Positions 29,014 to 37,658 of a stretch of 64,000 nt of DNA are shown here, one piece after another. The position numbers and the translations under genes are program-made. How positions within the stretch are numbered: the first letter of the stretch is position 1; every line of letters starts with the position of its first letter. Origin of the DNA: an uncultured delta proteobacterium (lineage in GTDB: Bacteria > Desulfobacterota > Binatia > UBA9968); NCBI GenBank assembly GCA_963745035.1, contig CAVUVW010000010.1, forward strand, positions 64,001 through 128,000, written 5' to 3'. The notes beneath the pieces are model-generated. The model worked only from the letters and a program-made list of their open reading frames with translations. It had not been told where the DNA came from and searched no databases.

Positions 29014-29844
29014 ATGCTTAAACCTATCGGGCTTACTGAGGGTCACTACGAATGCCGGTCGCTGGACGAGACCCTGCCGATCTTTACGGATCTGTTGGCC
29101 GCCGAGATCGTCGAGCGCACGGAAAAGCAAGCCATCGTCAAACATCCGAATACTGCTTGGAGACTGGTGATTCACGAGGGCGGGCCGGACGCCAAGAACA
29201 AGCCGCACACGAACCATTACGGATTCCGCGTGGCTAATTCGAAGGAAATCCCCAAAGCTCACGAATACATTTCCGACCACAAGGCGCAGTACAAGATCAA
29301 GAGCGTCACCAAGCCCCACGAAGCGCACTTCGCTTACTCGATTTATTTTAAAGAACCCGGCGGCAACGATCTCGAAATCGAATACTATAATCCCGCGGCG
29401 ATCAAGCAAGGCCGGAAGATCGCCGCGCCGCACTGGAAGACGCCGATGCCGGAAGAGCGGTTTCCGGGCAAAGGCTACGTGCCCCAGGCGATGACCCACG
29501 GTACCCTCAATTGTGACGACAAGGAAGTCAGCGACAAGTTTCTTGCCAACGTGCTTGGCCTCGACATCATCGGCGGCGGGCGCACGTCCACTTATATCAG
29601 CGTGCCGAACATGGGGCCGTGGTACGTGGTCGTTCTGCCGACTACCCATCGCGATTATCTCTCGGAAGCGAATCGATTTACGCTGCAACTCGCCACGTCA
29701 GAGGAAGTCGAAGACGCGCACAAGGAGTTTTCCAAGAAGGGCAAAGAGCTCGGCATCACGGAGCTGCGCGACCTTCAAACCAACGGCCGCGCACACTTTC
29801 TGCTGAGCGACATCAGCAAGAACTGGTGGGAGATCACGTCGTAG
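29014..29844 (+). CDS. Tandem VOC/glyoxalase-domain protein
   Basis: HYGFRV, YFKEPGGNDLEI, THGTL, LSDISKNWWEI. Confidence 0.85.
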   Translation: MLKPIGLTEGHYECRSLDETLPIFTDLLAAEIVERTEKQAIVKHPNTAWRLVIHEGGPDAKNKPHTNHYGFRVANSKEIPKAHEYISDHKAQYKIKSVTKPHEAHFAYSIYFKEPGGNDLEIEYYNPAAIKQGRKIAAPHWKTPMPEERFPGKGYVPQAMTHGTLNCDDKEVSDKFLANVLGLDIIGGGRTSTYISVPNMGPWYVVVLPTTHRDYLSEANRFTLQLATSEEVEDAHKEFSKKGKELGITELRDLQTNGRAHFLLSDISKNWWEITS

Positions 29845-29868
29845 TATCGATTCTCTAACATTGCAGAG

Positions 29869-29908
29869 AACGCCGCTAACGGGAAACTGCTAGCGGCGTT
29901 TTTATTTT
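29869..29908 (+). terminator. Rho-independent terminator
   Basis: aacgccgcta ... tagcggcgtt followed by tttatttt. Confidence 0.75.
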
Positions 29909-29982
29909 GGGAGACGCGGTTGCAGGAATTGTCGAGTCATCGATCCGCGAGTTAACCAAAAATCTTAGGGAGGATGATTGCT

Positions 29983-30327
29983 ATGCCGGAACAAATATCA
30001 AAATACCCTGACGTGACACTTCAGGTTTTGAGAGAGAGCGGCGCCGTTTGCGGTCAGGGCGCGCCACAGAACATCCTGAAGCAATGCCCTCGTGACCGTT
30101 TCTGTTCGCTCAAGACGGGAGAGATTTGCGTCTACGGCATCAACGATATTCCGAAGATGACTCAGGTGACAACGCAGGAGCTGGCCAAGGTCGTCTGTCC
30201 GCTCGCGCCGAAGGCGGCGTCGGTTTTTCCGGCCGGCGTCCCGGCGCTCGAAGCGGCTCTTGTTCTCGCCGTGTTTCTTTCCGGCGTCGGGCTCGGCAAG
30301 GTGTGGCGCAAGGGGCCGAGCAATTAA
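29983..30327 (+). CDS. Small Cys-rich hypothetical protein with C-terminal TM anchor
   Basis: GGAGG RBS; 5 Cys; hydrophobic tail followed by KVWRK. Confidence 0.65.
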   Translation: MPEQISKYPDVTLQVLRESGAVCGQGAPQNILKQCPRDRFCSLKTGEICVYGINDIPKMTQVTTQELAKVVCPLAPKAASVFPAGVPALEAALVLAVFLSGVGLGKVWRKGPSN

Positions 30328-30348
30328 AGCGATTGAGGCGCGTGAATC

Positions 30349-30392
30349 GCTTGTCAGCGCGCCGGTGGGTCCACTACACTGCGGAAAATCTT
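30349..30392 (+). promoter_or_regulatory. Copy 1 of a 44-bp direct repeat containing a sigma70-like promoter (TTGTCA-N18-TACACT)
   Basis: 37/44 identical to 31228-31271 by manual alignment. Confidence 0.6.
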
Positions 30393-30400
30393 GGCTGAGC

Positions 30401-30552
30401 ATGAACGAGCCGCTGACGACGGCCGACTTGGCCGAGTTGGAGCGGATGCTCGCCGAGAGCGGAATCGGCACGGCGGAAGATCTGGAAAAAGCCAAATTGG
30501 GCTGCGATGGGTGGATCTCTTCGTCCGCTCGGTGGCGGCCTAGATCGAAAGC
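30401..30552 (+). pseudogene. hsdR: Decayed fragment of the type I R-M restriction subunit C-terminus (EcoEI_R_C-like)
   Basis: MNEPLTTADLAELERMLAESGIGTAEDLEKAK, then frameshifted DLFVRSV-GLDR; resembles HsdR C-terminal regions as recalled. Confidence 0.55.
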
Positions 30553-30695
30553 TTTTGTAGCAGCGTGCTCGATAGGATGTTTGTTCGTCAAACAATGAAG
30601 ATATAGGACGGTCCGTCCAAGCGATTCGGTAAGCGTCGATTGTCCTGAAACGTGCTATACTCGGCCCTGAGCTGACAACGGCAGAGCTTGTATCA

Positions 30696-30977
30696 ATGCT
30701 CAATCGCAAGATGAAAATGGTTTATGTGTTCATTGCTGCCGCCTGCGTGCTATCCGGGTGTGCGCAGATTAAAGAGACTTTCCGCACCATCGGCCACACG
30801 ACGCGGGATGTGACTACCGAGATAGGGCACGGTGCCCGCGACGTCACCAGAGAGATCGGCCACGGCACCCGCGATGTAGTCCGCGACATCGGCGAGGGAA
30901 CGCGCGACGCGACCAAAGCCGCGAGCGAGCAAGTGAAAAAGGCCGTGCGGCCGGCGCCGGCGTCACCCGACTACTGA
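30696..30977 (+). CDS. Small lipoprotein with four 11-aa repeats
   Basis: Lipobox LSGC; IGHTTRDVTTE IGHGARDVTRE IGHGTRDVVRD IGEGTRDATKA. Confidence 0.75.
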   Translation: MLNRKMKMVYVFIAAACVLSGCAQIKETFRTIGHTTRDVTTEIGHGARDVTREIGHGTRDVVRDIGEGTRDATKAASEQVKKAVRPAPASPDY

Positions 30978-31227
30978 GTCGCCCATAGCAACGCGGCCAG
31001 CGGGAGATTGCGGCGTTTTTTATGTGGTTCATTGCCGAGCGACTCCCGTTTCATCCGGTATCCCGTCGAGCGACAAACGATGTGAGAATACGTTCCTGGC
31101 CTCCTTCAGTCCCGCTCAGACCAGCTAGAGCGCAAAATGTTTTTATCGGGGCGTCCAGCGCCGGACCCCACCGGTATTTCCGCTTGAGAACGGCGAAACG
31201 ACGGTTTCCGCGCGCGGCTGCTGCGGT

Positions 31228-31271
31228 GCTTGTCAGGGCAGCGGTGGCTCCGGTACACTGCGGCAAATCTT
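31228..31271 (+). promoter_or_regulatory. Copy 2 of the 44-bp promoter-like direct repeat
   Basis: gcttgtcagggcagcggtggctccggtacactgcggcaaatctt. Confidence 0.6.
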
Positions 31272-31295
31272 TGTCATGAAACTCAGTTAACGCTC

Positions 31296-31394
31296 ATGCT
31301 CACCAATGAAATTCGCAGCCAAATCGATCAAATCTGGAATGCCTTCTGGTCCGGCGGTATTTCCAATCCGCTGGAGGTGATCGAGCAGATCACC
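31296..31394 (+). pseudogene. hsdM: N-terminal 33-aa fragment of a type I R-M methyltransferase subunit
   Basis: MLTNEIRSQIDQIWNAFWSGGISNPLEVIEQIT is a characteristic HsdM N-terminus; similarity stops where YLLF.. is expected. Confidence 0.8.
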
Positions 31395-31458
31395 AATCCT
31401 CGAAGACGTGCGCAAGAAGGCGCTTGGGTAAGCTCTCGCTTGGACTGGCAAATCTTCG

Positions 31459-32451
31459 TTACGTGCGGAAATGCGGGATGACCTTCGTTGCGAAGGCTTC
31501 CACGCTTTCGTCATAGACTTTGCGCGCCGCGGTGAGCATCAGGTGTTCGACGCCGGCGGCTTTTAGCTCTTCGATTCTTGCAATGCATTCCTTCGGTGTG
31601 CCGGCGATGGAGAAGCGGTGCACGAGGTAGTCGTTGACCAGGTCGGGATCGACGCGGTCTTCCATCGGCTTCATGACGTCGAAGCCGGCGACGAATTTCT
31701 TGACGCCTTCCAATTCCTCGGGCGGCACGGTTTCGTAGGTAAAGCGGAAATTATGATGGGCGCGGTTGGCGATGCGGTTGCGGACGATCTTGCGCGCTTC
31801 GTTGCCGTCGTCGCGCACGCAGAGCATGCCCGCCGCGAGGATCGCGATGTCGCTCTCCTTGCGCCCGGCTTCCGCAGCGCCGGCTCGAATTTTTCGTTTG
31901 GCCCAATCATAAACGCGGAGATCGAAACCGGTGCCGAGGATGACGCCGTCGGCGCAGCGGCCGGCGAGCTGCAGTCCTTTGGGGCCTTCGGCGGAAACGT
32001 AGATGGATGCCGGCTTGTTGATCGTGAAGCCGATGCCGACTTTGCCGGTCGGGAAGGTAGCGGGATTTCCCTGAACGAGATGGCGGATCAGCTTCACGCC
32101 TTCTTCGAATTCTTTCAGCGGCGTCGCTTTCAATCCCTGGCCGTACACCGGGCCGTCGCCGGTGCCGAGTCCCAGAATGGCACGGCCTTTGGAGATTTCA
32201 TTGAGCGATGCTGCGGCGCCGGCGAGCACGGTGGGGTGGCGAAACACCATGTTTGTGACGGCGATGCCGAGCAGCACGCGATTGGTAATCATCGCGCAGC
32301 TCGCCAGAGTCTGAAACGAATCGATGGAGCTCAAGTGGCTTTCGCCGAGAAAAATCCCGTCGTAGCCGAGCTCTTCGGCGCGCTTGGCGCGCCGGTGAAT
32401 CTCGTCGATGTTTTTGACGCCGCCGTGGACGCTATGGAGACTGAATTTCAT
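31459..32451 (-). CDS. LLM-class flavin-dependent oxidoreductase (Mer-like, possibly F420)
   Basis: AEELGYDGIFLGESH, LGIAVTN..RHP, GRAILGLGTGD, GPKGLQLAGRCADG, IAGTP. Confidence 0.9.
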   Translation of the reverse strand: MKFSLHSVHGGVKNIDEIHRRAKRAEELGYDGIFLGESHLSSIDSFQTLASCAMITNRVLLGIAVTNMVFRHPTVLAGAAASLNEISKGRAILGLGTGDGPVYGQGLKATPLKEFEEGVKLIRHLVQGNPATFPTGKVGIGFTINKPASIYVSAEGPKGLQLAGRCADGVILGTGFDLRVYDWAKRKIRAGAAEAGRKESDIAILAAGMLCVRDDGNEARKIVRNRIANRAHHNFRFTYETVPPEELEGVKKFVAGFDVMKPMEDRVDPDLVNDYLVHRFSIAGTPKECIARIEELKAAGVEHLMLTAARKVYDESVEAFATKVIPHFRT

Positions 32452-32456
32452 TTTGA

Positions 32457-32485
32457 GGCAACAGGCATTAGGCAACAGGCAACAG
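32457..32485. repeat. 7-nt tandem repeat (GGCAACA)
   Basis: ggcaacaggcattaggcaacaggcaacag. Confidence 0.65.
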
Positions 32486-32523
32486 TAAGAATTACTAAAA
32501 GATTCGGCAAAGGTGCTCGCTTA

Positions 32524-33339
32524 TCAGCGGGAGAATTCGACGAGGCCGCAGCCCGTCGCCCACGGGATTACCGGCTCGTAGGCGACGACTTGGGCCTTCC
32601 AGCTTTGCACGGCGCCGGCCAGCGCGATCCACGTGCGGATCTCGTGGCCGCCGGAGCCGGCCTCGCTGTTGATTTCTTCGTGCGTATATTCGGTCAACTT
32701 GGAGCGCTCGCCGCCGATCAACGTCTCCAAGAATTTCTTATCGAACGGAATATTGATCTTGCCGTGTTTGGCCTCGCCCGGCCAATGGGAAAGCCCGCCG
32801 GTCGCGATCACCGCGATCCGCTTTGGGCTTTTTTCGAGGACGCCGCCAAGGAATTGGCCAAAGGCAAAACAGCGCTTCGCCGTCGGCATCGGCGGGGTCA
32901 GCGTATTCAGGATGATCGGCACCACGGGCGCTGCCATGTGCGGATTCAGGAAATGCAGAGGCAAGAACGTCGCATGATCGAACAACAGCTCGTCCGAAAA
33001 AGTCGGATCGAAACCGCCGTCGAGGCAGGCGTCGATGAGCTCGACGGCGAGATCTTTATCGCCGGGTACGCGGGCTTTGGGGATGCGCAGCCATTCCTCG
33101 ATCGGGCCGTCATAATGGGCCGCGCGGCCGATGCAGAAAGTCGGCATGCTGTTGAGGAAGAAATTCGCCCAGTGCTCCACCGTCAGCGCCACGATAACGT
33201 CCGGCTTGGACGCGGCGAGTCTCTCGCCGAGACGGCGATAGTTGCCGAGGAAGTTATCCGCTTGTTCCTTGGGCGCAGCCTCGGTCCAGGCGGTCATCCC
33301 CGGCGCGTGGCTGGCGGCGCAGGCAAATACGATCGGCAT
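32524..33339 (-). CDS. Class III extradiol ring-cleavage dioxygenase, catalytic (LigB/MhpB-like) subunit
   Basis: SHAPG, EHWANF, FDHA, GGLSHWP, EIRTWIA. Confidence 0.9.
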   Translation of the reverse strand: MPIVFACAASHAPGMTAWTEAAPKEQADNFLGNYRRLGERLAASKPDVIVALTVEHWANFFLNSMPTFCIGRAAHYDGPIEEWLRIPKARVPGDKDLAVELIDACLDGGFDPTFSDELLFDHATFLPLHFLNPHMAAPVVPIILNTLTPPMPTAKRCFAFGQFLGGVLEKSPKRIAVIATGGLSHWPGEAKHGKINIPFDKKFLETLIGGERSKLTEYTHEEINSEAGSGGHEIRTWIALAGAVQSWKAQVVAYEPVIPWATGCGLVEFSR

Positions 33340-33342
33340 GGC

Positions 33343-33597
33343 TCACTCCAATCCCTTCAGGGCTTTGGCGTAATCTTCGTTGGAAACTTTGTGCAGCAAG
33401 CTGAACGGTCGGAGCAGCAGCGAATGGACGCCCATGCTGTACAGCGCGCGCACGTCGACGTCGAGCGCCGCCTTCGCCTCGGCTTCGCTGAGCTCGTAGT
33501 TTTTGACGAAGGTCGCCGGGTCCTGGCGATAGCGCTCGCGCTGGGCGCTGTCGCGGTTCACGTGATAGATCAGCTTCTGCAATTGATAGAGGCTCAT
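33343..33597 (-). CDS. LigA-like small subunit of ring-cleavage dioxygenase
   Basis: 84-aa helical protein with DP....YELSEAE..A....DV..L...GVH, directly upstream of the LigB-like gene. Confidence 0.8.
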   Translation of the reverse strand: MSLYQLQKLIYHVNRDSAQRERYRQDPATFVKNYELSEAEAKAALDVDVRALYSMGVHSLLLRPFSLLHKVSNEDYAKALKGLE

Positions 33598-33617
33598 CGG
33601 GTGCTACCTTGCTCAAG

Positions 33618-33760
33618 AAAATCCGAAATACGAATATCGAAATTCGAAACTTCAAACGCTAAGAGCGACGTACCAATCAGGAAACGACCGAGTTTTGAGC
33701 ATTCTCTTCCTTGTTTGGGGTTATTCGAATTTGTTTCGGATTTCGAGCTTCGAATTTGGA
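33618..33760. repeat. Inverted arrays of 7-nt repeats (ATTCGAA-like)
   Basis: aaatccgaaatacgaatatcgaaattcgaaac ... gaatttgtttcggatttcgagcttcgaattt. Confidence 0.8.
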
Positions 33761-33778
33761 TCTCTCCGTTGACGCTCT

Positions 33779-34870
33779 TTAGTCCAATTTCTCGTGCAAC
33801 CAGCCCAAGACGGTCTTGAAGATATTCGGAATCGCCCCCATGTGGCCGCCGGAAAAGAGCCGGATCGTTTTCGGATTACCGTGCTCCAAAAGCAAATAAA
33901 AATCCTCCAGCGGCACCTGCTTGTCTTCTTTGCCGTTGACGATCAGCAGCGGCGCGCAGGGTTTGTCGAGCCAGCCTTGATCGAGCAACGATAGCGCGGG
34001 CATGACGGCGCAAAGCTCGTTGAAGGTTTTCTTGCCGAAAAGATTGGCGCGGGCCTCAATCAAATCGAACAGGTACGAATCGGCATGGCGCGAGCGTTCC
34101 TGCCACTCGGGTTGAAAGAAATAGTGGATGCCGCCTCCCCAGTTGACCGCCGCGCGCAATTTCTCCGGCGCGAGATGGGCGAGCTTGGTCGACCAGTGAC
34201 CGCCGAAGCTGGCGCCGACGACGGCAACCTTGTTCCGATTCACTTCAGGCCTTTGAAGAAGATAATCGAGCACGGCGGTGTGGACTTGGTGCGCATCGGG
34301 TCCGGCGAGCAGCGGGCATTCGCCTGTGCCGGGGCTGTCGATGATAAAACAGCCCCAGCCTTCCTTGACGAAGGCTTCGCCGAACGAATGGCGCTCTTCT
34401 TTCCAGTTGTCGATTCCGCCCCAGTGCATGATCATCGGCGCCGGAAGATTTGTCGGCAGGCGCAGATGGCCGACGATCGCCTTTCCTTGGAACGGGATCG
34501 ACACGCGCTCGACGGGAACTTCGAAATATTTGGAAGCGGCCAAAAACATGTCGCGAGTCTTGGCATAGCCGTGGTGCTTGCCCGGCGTGCTGGGAAACGG
34601 ATGGCGGGCGATGCCGTAGTAGCCGTAGGATTTCAAGAACGCCTCTTTTGCCTGGCTGGCGTTGTGGCTCTTTTCCGCGGCGACCGCCTTTTCTTCCCAG
34701 CGAGCGCCGAGCGCATTCCAAGCGCCGGCCCAGCTTTCGCCTTCGAAATCGGCCATTTTCGCCAGCGCTTCTTCCGCTTCGTTTTTGTCGGCGTGAAGAA
34801 AGGGGGCGCGGCGGCCGACGCGGTCGCGGATGTCGTCTTTTACTTCTGCAACGGTGCGTGGCTTGCTCAT
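33779..34870 (-). CDS. Alpha/beta hydrolase (FrsA/2,6-dihydroxypseudooxynicotine hydrolase-like)
   Basis: GGIDNWKEE, DSPGTGE, GASFGG, NGKED, GH. Confidence 0.85.
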   Translation of the reverse strand: MSKPRTVAEVKDDIRDRVGRRAPFLHADKNEAEEALAKMADFEGESWAGAWNALGARWEEKAVAAEKSHNASQAKEAFLKSYGYYGIARHPFPSTPGKHHGYAKTRDMFLAASKYFEVPVERVSIPFQGKAIVGHLRLPTNLPAPMIMHWGGIDNWKEERHSFGEAFVKEGWGCFIIDSPGTGECPLLAGPDAHQVHTAVLDYLLQRPEVNRNKVAVVGASFGGHWSTKLAHLAPEKLRAAVNWGGGIHYFFQPEWQERSRHADSYLFDLIEARANLFGKKTFNELCAVMPALSLLDQGWLDKPCAPLLIVNGKEDKQVPLEDFYLLLEHGNPKTIRLFSGGHMGAIPNIFKTVLGWLHEKLD

Positions 34871-35176
34871 CGCTTCGAACCTCTGACGGACTCTGCGCAA
34901 TTTCAGATGGGTGCCGATCGGCGCCGTCTTTGTCGCGCGAACTAATGTGATCGCCAAAGTCAGGCTATAAAGGGTCACTTTCCGCTTGTCAACTGGCGCA
35001 GCGCCGGTCTCGTTTGCGTGCGCGCGGGAAGCGCAAACGCGCTCTGCAACAGAGCGGCGGCTTGCGCGGCGAATTGCCGGACAAAAAGGTGTTGCATGTC
35101 ATGCGATTAATTTATAACAGTTCTTTACAGGGTTTTTCTTCTTGTGTAGATTCTGCAAACTTGTGACGGAGCAGTC

Positions 35177-36037
35177 ATGGGCGTGATCATCGACGGAAAA
35201 GCCGTCGCCAAGGAAGTCCAGAAACAAATCAAAGACGACGTGGATGGGCTGGAACGGCGCTGGGGACTGGCGCCGGGGCTGGCGGTGGTGTTGGTTGGTG
35301 ACGATCCCGCTTCGCACATTTACGTGCGCAACAAAGAGAAGGCGTGCAAGGAAGTCGGCATCAAATCCTTCGAGCACCTGCTGCCGGCGACGATCACCGA
35401 AAGAGATTTGCTCGCGCTGGTGCATCAGCTCAATAAAGATAAACGGATCCACGGCATTCTCGTCCAATTGCCGCTGCCGCCGCACATTCGCGCCGAGAAA
35501 ATTCTCGAAGCGATCTCGCCCAATAAAGACATCGACGGCTTTCATCCGGTTAATCAGGGATTGCTCGCGCTCGGCGCCGACGGCTTCAAGCCGTGCACGC
35601 CGATGGGCATCATGAAGCTGCTCGAGTCGGTCCACTGCGATCCGAAGGGCAGGAACGCGGTCGTGGTCGGGCGCAGCAACATTGTCGGCAAGCCGGTGGC
35701 GCTGATGCTCCTCGCCAAGCATGCCACGGTGACGATCTGTCACTCGCGCACGGCGAGCCTGCGCGACGAGGTCGGCCGCGCGGATATTTTAATCGTCGCG
35801 ATCGGCAAGGCAGGTCTGGTGCGAGGCGATTGGGTGAAGCCCGGCGCGGTGGTGATCGATGTCGGCGTGAATCGCTCGCCGAGCGGCAAGCTGTGCGGCG
35901 ACGTCGAGTTTGACACGGCCAAGGACCGCGCCTCGGCGATCTCGCCGGTGCCGGGCGGGGTGGGACCGATGACCATCTGCATGCTGCTGTACAATACGCT
36001 CAAAGCCGCGAAAGAATCGCTCCAGCGCGAGCGCTAG
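35177..36037 (+). CDS. folD: Methylenetetrahydrofolate dehydrogenase/cyclohydrolase
   Basis: [45 protein letters not shown]. Confidence 0.97.
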   Translation: MGVIIDGKAVAKEVQKQIKDDVDGLERRWGLAPGLAVVLVGDDPASHIYVRNKEKACKEVGIKSFEHLLPATITERDLLALVHQLNKDKRIHGILVQLPLPPHIRAEKILEAISPNKDIDGFHPVNQGLLALGADGFKPCTPMGIMKLLESVHCDPKGRNAVVVGRSNIVGKPVALMLLAKHATVTICHSRTASLRDEVGRADILIVAIGKAGLVRGDWVKPGAVVIDVGVNRSPSGKLCGDVEFDTAKDRASAISPVPGGVGPMTICMLLYNTLKAAKESLQRER

Positions 36038-36065
36038 AACTCCCGTTCACCTCCGTGGCGCTGGG

Positions 36066-37152
36066 ATGAAAAGAACGCCGCTTTATTCGGCGCACCGCCG
36101 GGCGGGCGCGAAAATGGTCGAGTTCGCCGGCTGGGAAATGCCGGTCCAGTATCACGGCGTCATCGACGAGCATCGCGCCGTGCGCCAAGCGCGCGGGGCT
36201 GTTCGACGTGAGCCACATGGGTGAGATCGAAGTTCGCGGCGAGAGCGCCCTGGAGTTCTGCCAGCGCATGACGGCCAACGATATTTCGCGCATGCAAGCC
36301 TCGTTCCAAGCCCAGTACAACTTGTTGCTCAACGAACACGGCGGTGTGATCGACGACGTCATTTTTTATCGTCTAGAGCAGGATAGTTTTTTCATCTGCG
36401 TCAACGCTTCGAACAGCGACAAGGATTTTGCCTGGCTGCGCACGCAGGCCGCGGGGGCGGCGTCGAGGTCGAGAACGTCAGCGACAAGTATGCACAATTG
36501 GCGCTGCAAGGGCCGCACGCGGCCAAAATTCTCCAGCCCCTGACCGCTGTCTCCTTGGCCGAGGTGAAAAGCTTCTCGTTCGTATTCGCCGACGTCGCGT
36601 CGGTGCGCTGCCTGGCGGCGCGCACCGGTTATACCGGCGAGGACGGCTTCGAGCTTTACTGCGCCGCCGAAAACGCTCCGCGGCTATGGACGGCTCTCCT
36701 CGATGCGGGTGCGGCGGACGGGCTGGTCCCGGCCGGTCTCGGCGCGCGCGATACTCTGAGATTGGAAAAGGCCTATCCGCTTTACGGCCATGAGCTCGAC
36801 GACACCACGACGCCGCTCGAAGCGGGCTTGGAGTGGGTGACAAAGTTTTCCAAGCCCGACTTCATCGGCCGGGATGTGTTGTTGAAACAAAAGGAAGCGG
36901 GGCGTGGAGCGCAAGCTGGTCGGACTGGAAATGCTCGAGCCCGGCATCGCGCGCGGCGGCTACCCGCTCTTTAAAAATTCGATCAACATCGGTCGAGTGA
37001 CGAGCGGCACCCATTCGCCGTCGCTCGGCAAAGCGATCGCGTTGGGCTACGTCGGCGCCGAGCACGCCGGGGTCGGCGAAGTCGTCGACGTGGAAATCCG
37101 TAGCCGGAAGGTTCCGGCGAAAATCGTTTCTTTGCCGTTCTATCGCCGTTGA
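36066..37152 (+). CDS. gcvT: Glycine cleavage aminomethyltransferase T (about 3 frameshifts)
   Basis: [17 protein letters not shown]; FDVSHMGE; ALQGP; [11 protein letters not shown]; [11 protein letters not shown]; VTSG..SP; LPFY. Confidence 0.92.
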
Positions 37153-37182
37153 GGGCGCAGCCAGAGTGTAAGGAGGTTTGTG

Positions 37183-37644
37183 ATGGAGTTTCCCGAAGGA
37201 CTTAAATATTCAAAAGAACACGAATGGGTGCTGGTCGAGGGCAATACGGCTACGATCGGCATCACCGAGTATGCTCAGGAAGAGCTGGGCGATATCGTTT
37301 ACGTGGAGCTGCCGGAGGTCGGCGAAAAAGTCGTCAAGGACGATCCCTTCGGCGCCGTCGAGTCGGTCAAGGCGGTTTCGGATGTTTACGCGCCGGTCAG
37401 CGGCGCGGTTCTCGAAATCAACGACGTGCTGCCCGACAACCCGGAGACGATCAACGATGATCCTTACGGCGACGGCTGGATGATTCGCGTCGAGCTCGCC
37501 GACAAGGACGATCTCACCGATCTGATGGACGCCGAAGAATACGCCGAGTACGTCCAGCAGCAAAAGGAGAACGACGAGGAAGAAGGGGAGGAGGAGGACG
37601 ACGAGGAAGACATCGATGAGGAAGAAGAAGAGAAGGATAAGTAA
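37183..37644 (+). CDS. gcvH: Glycine cleavage H protein with poly-acidic C-terminal tail
   Basis: EHEW, lipoyl-Lys motif VESVKAVSD, PYGDGW; AAGGAGG RBS. Confidence 0.97.
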   Translation: MEFPEGLKYSKEHEWVLVEGNTATIGITEYAQEELGDIVYVELPEVGEKVVKDDPFGAVESVKAVSDVYAPVSGAVLEINDVLPDNPETINDDPYGDGWMIRVELADKDDLTDLMDAEEYAEYVQQQKENDEEEGEEEDDEEDIDEEEEEKDK

Positions 37645-37658
37645 ATAGCCCCGGCTTC

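Noticed and set aside
30785-30920. 33-nt periodic DNA repeat as a CRISPR or non-coding array
   Set aside because: It is the in-frame coding repeat of the lipoprotein, with mostly codon-level variation
31618-33819. 733-aa plus-strand ORF
   Set aside because: Antisense shadow of the LLM, LigB and LigA genes; no motifs; expected in high-GC DNA
34980-35176. Glycine or THF riboswitch upstream of folD-gcv
   Set aside because: No recognisable aptamer consensus by eye; looks like an AT-rich divergent promoter region
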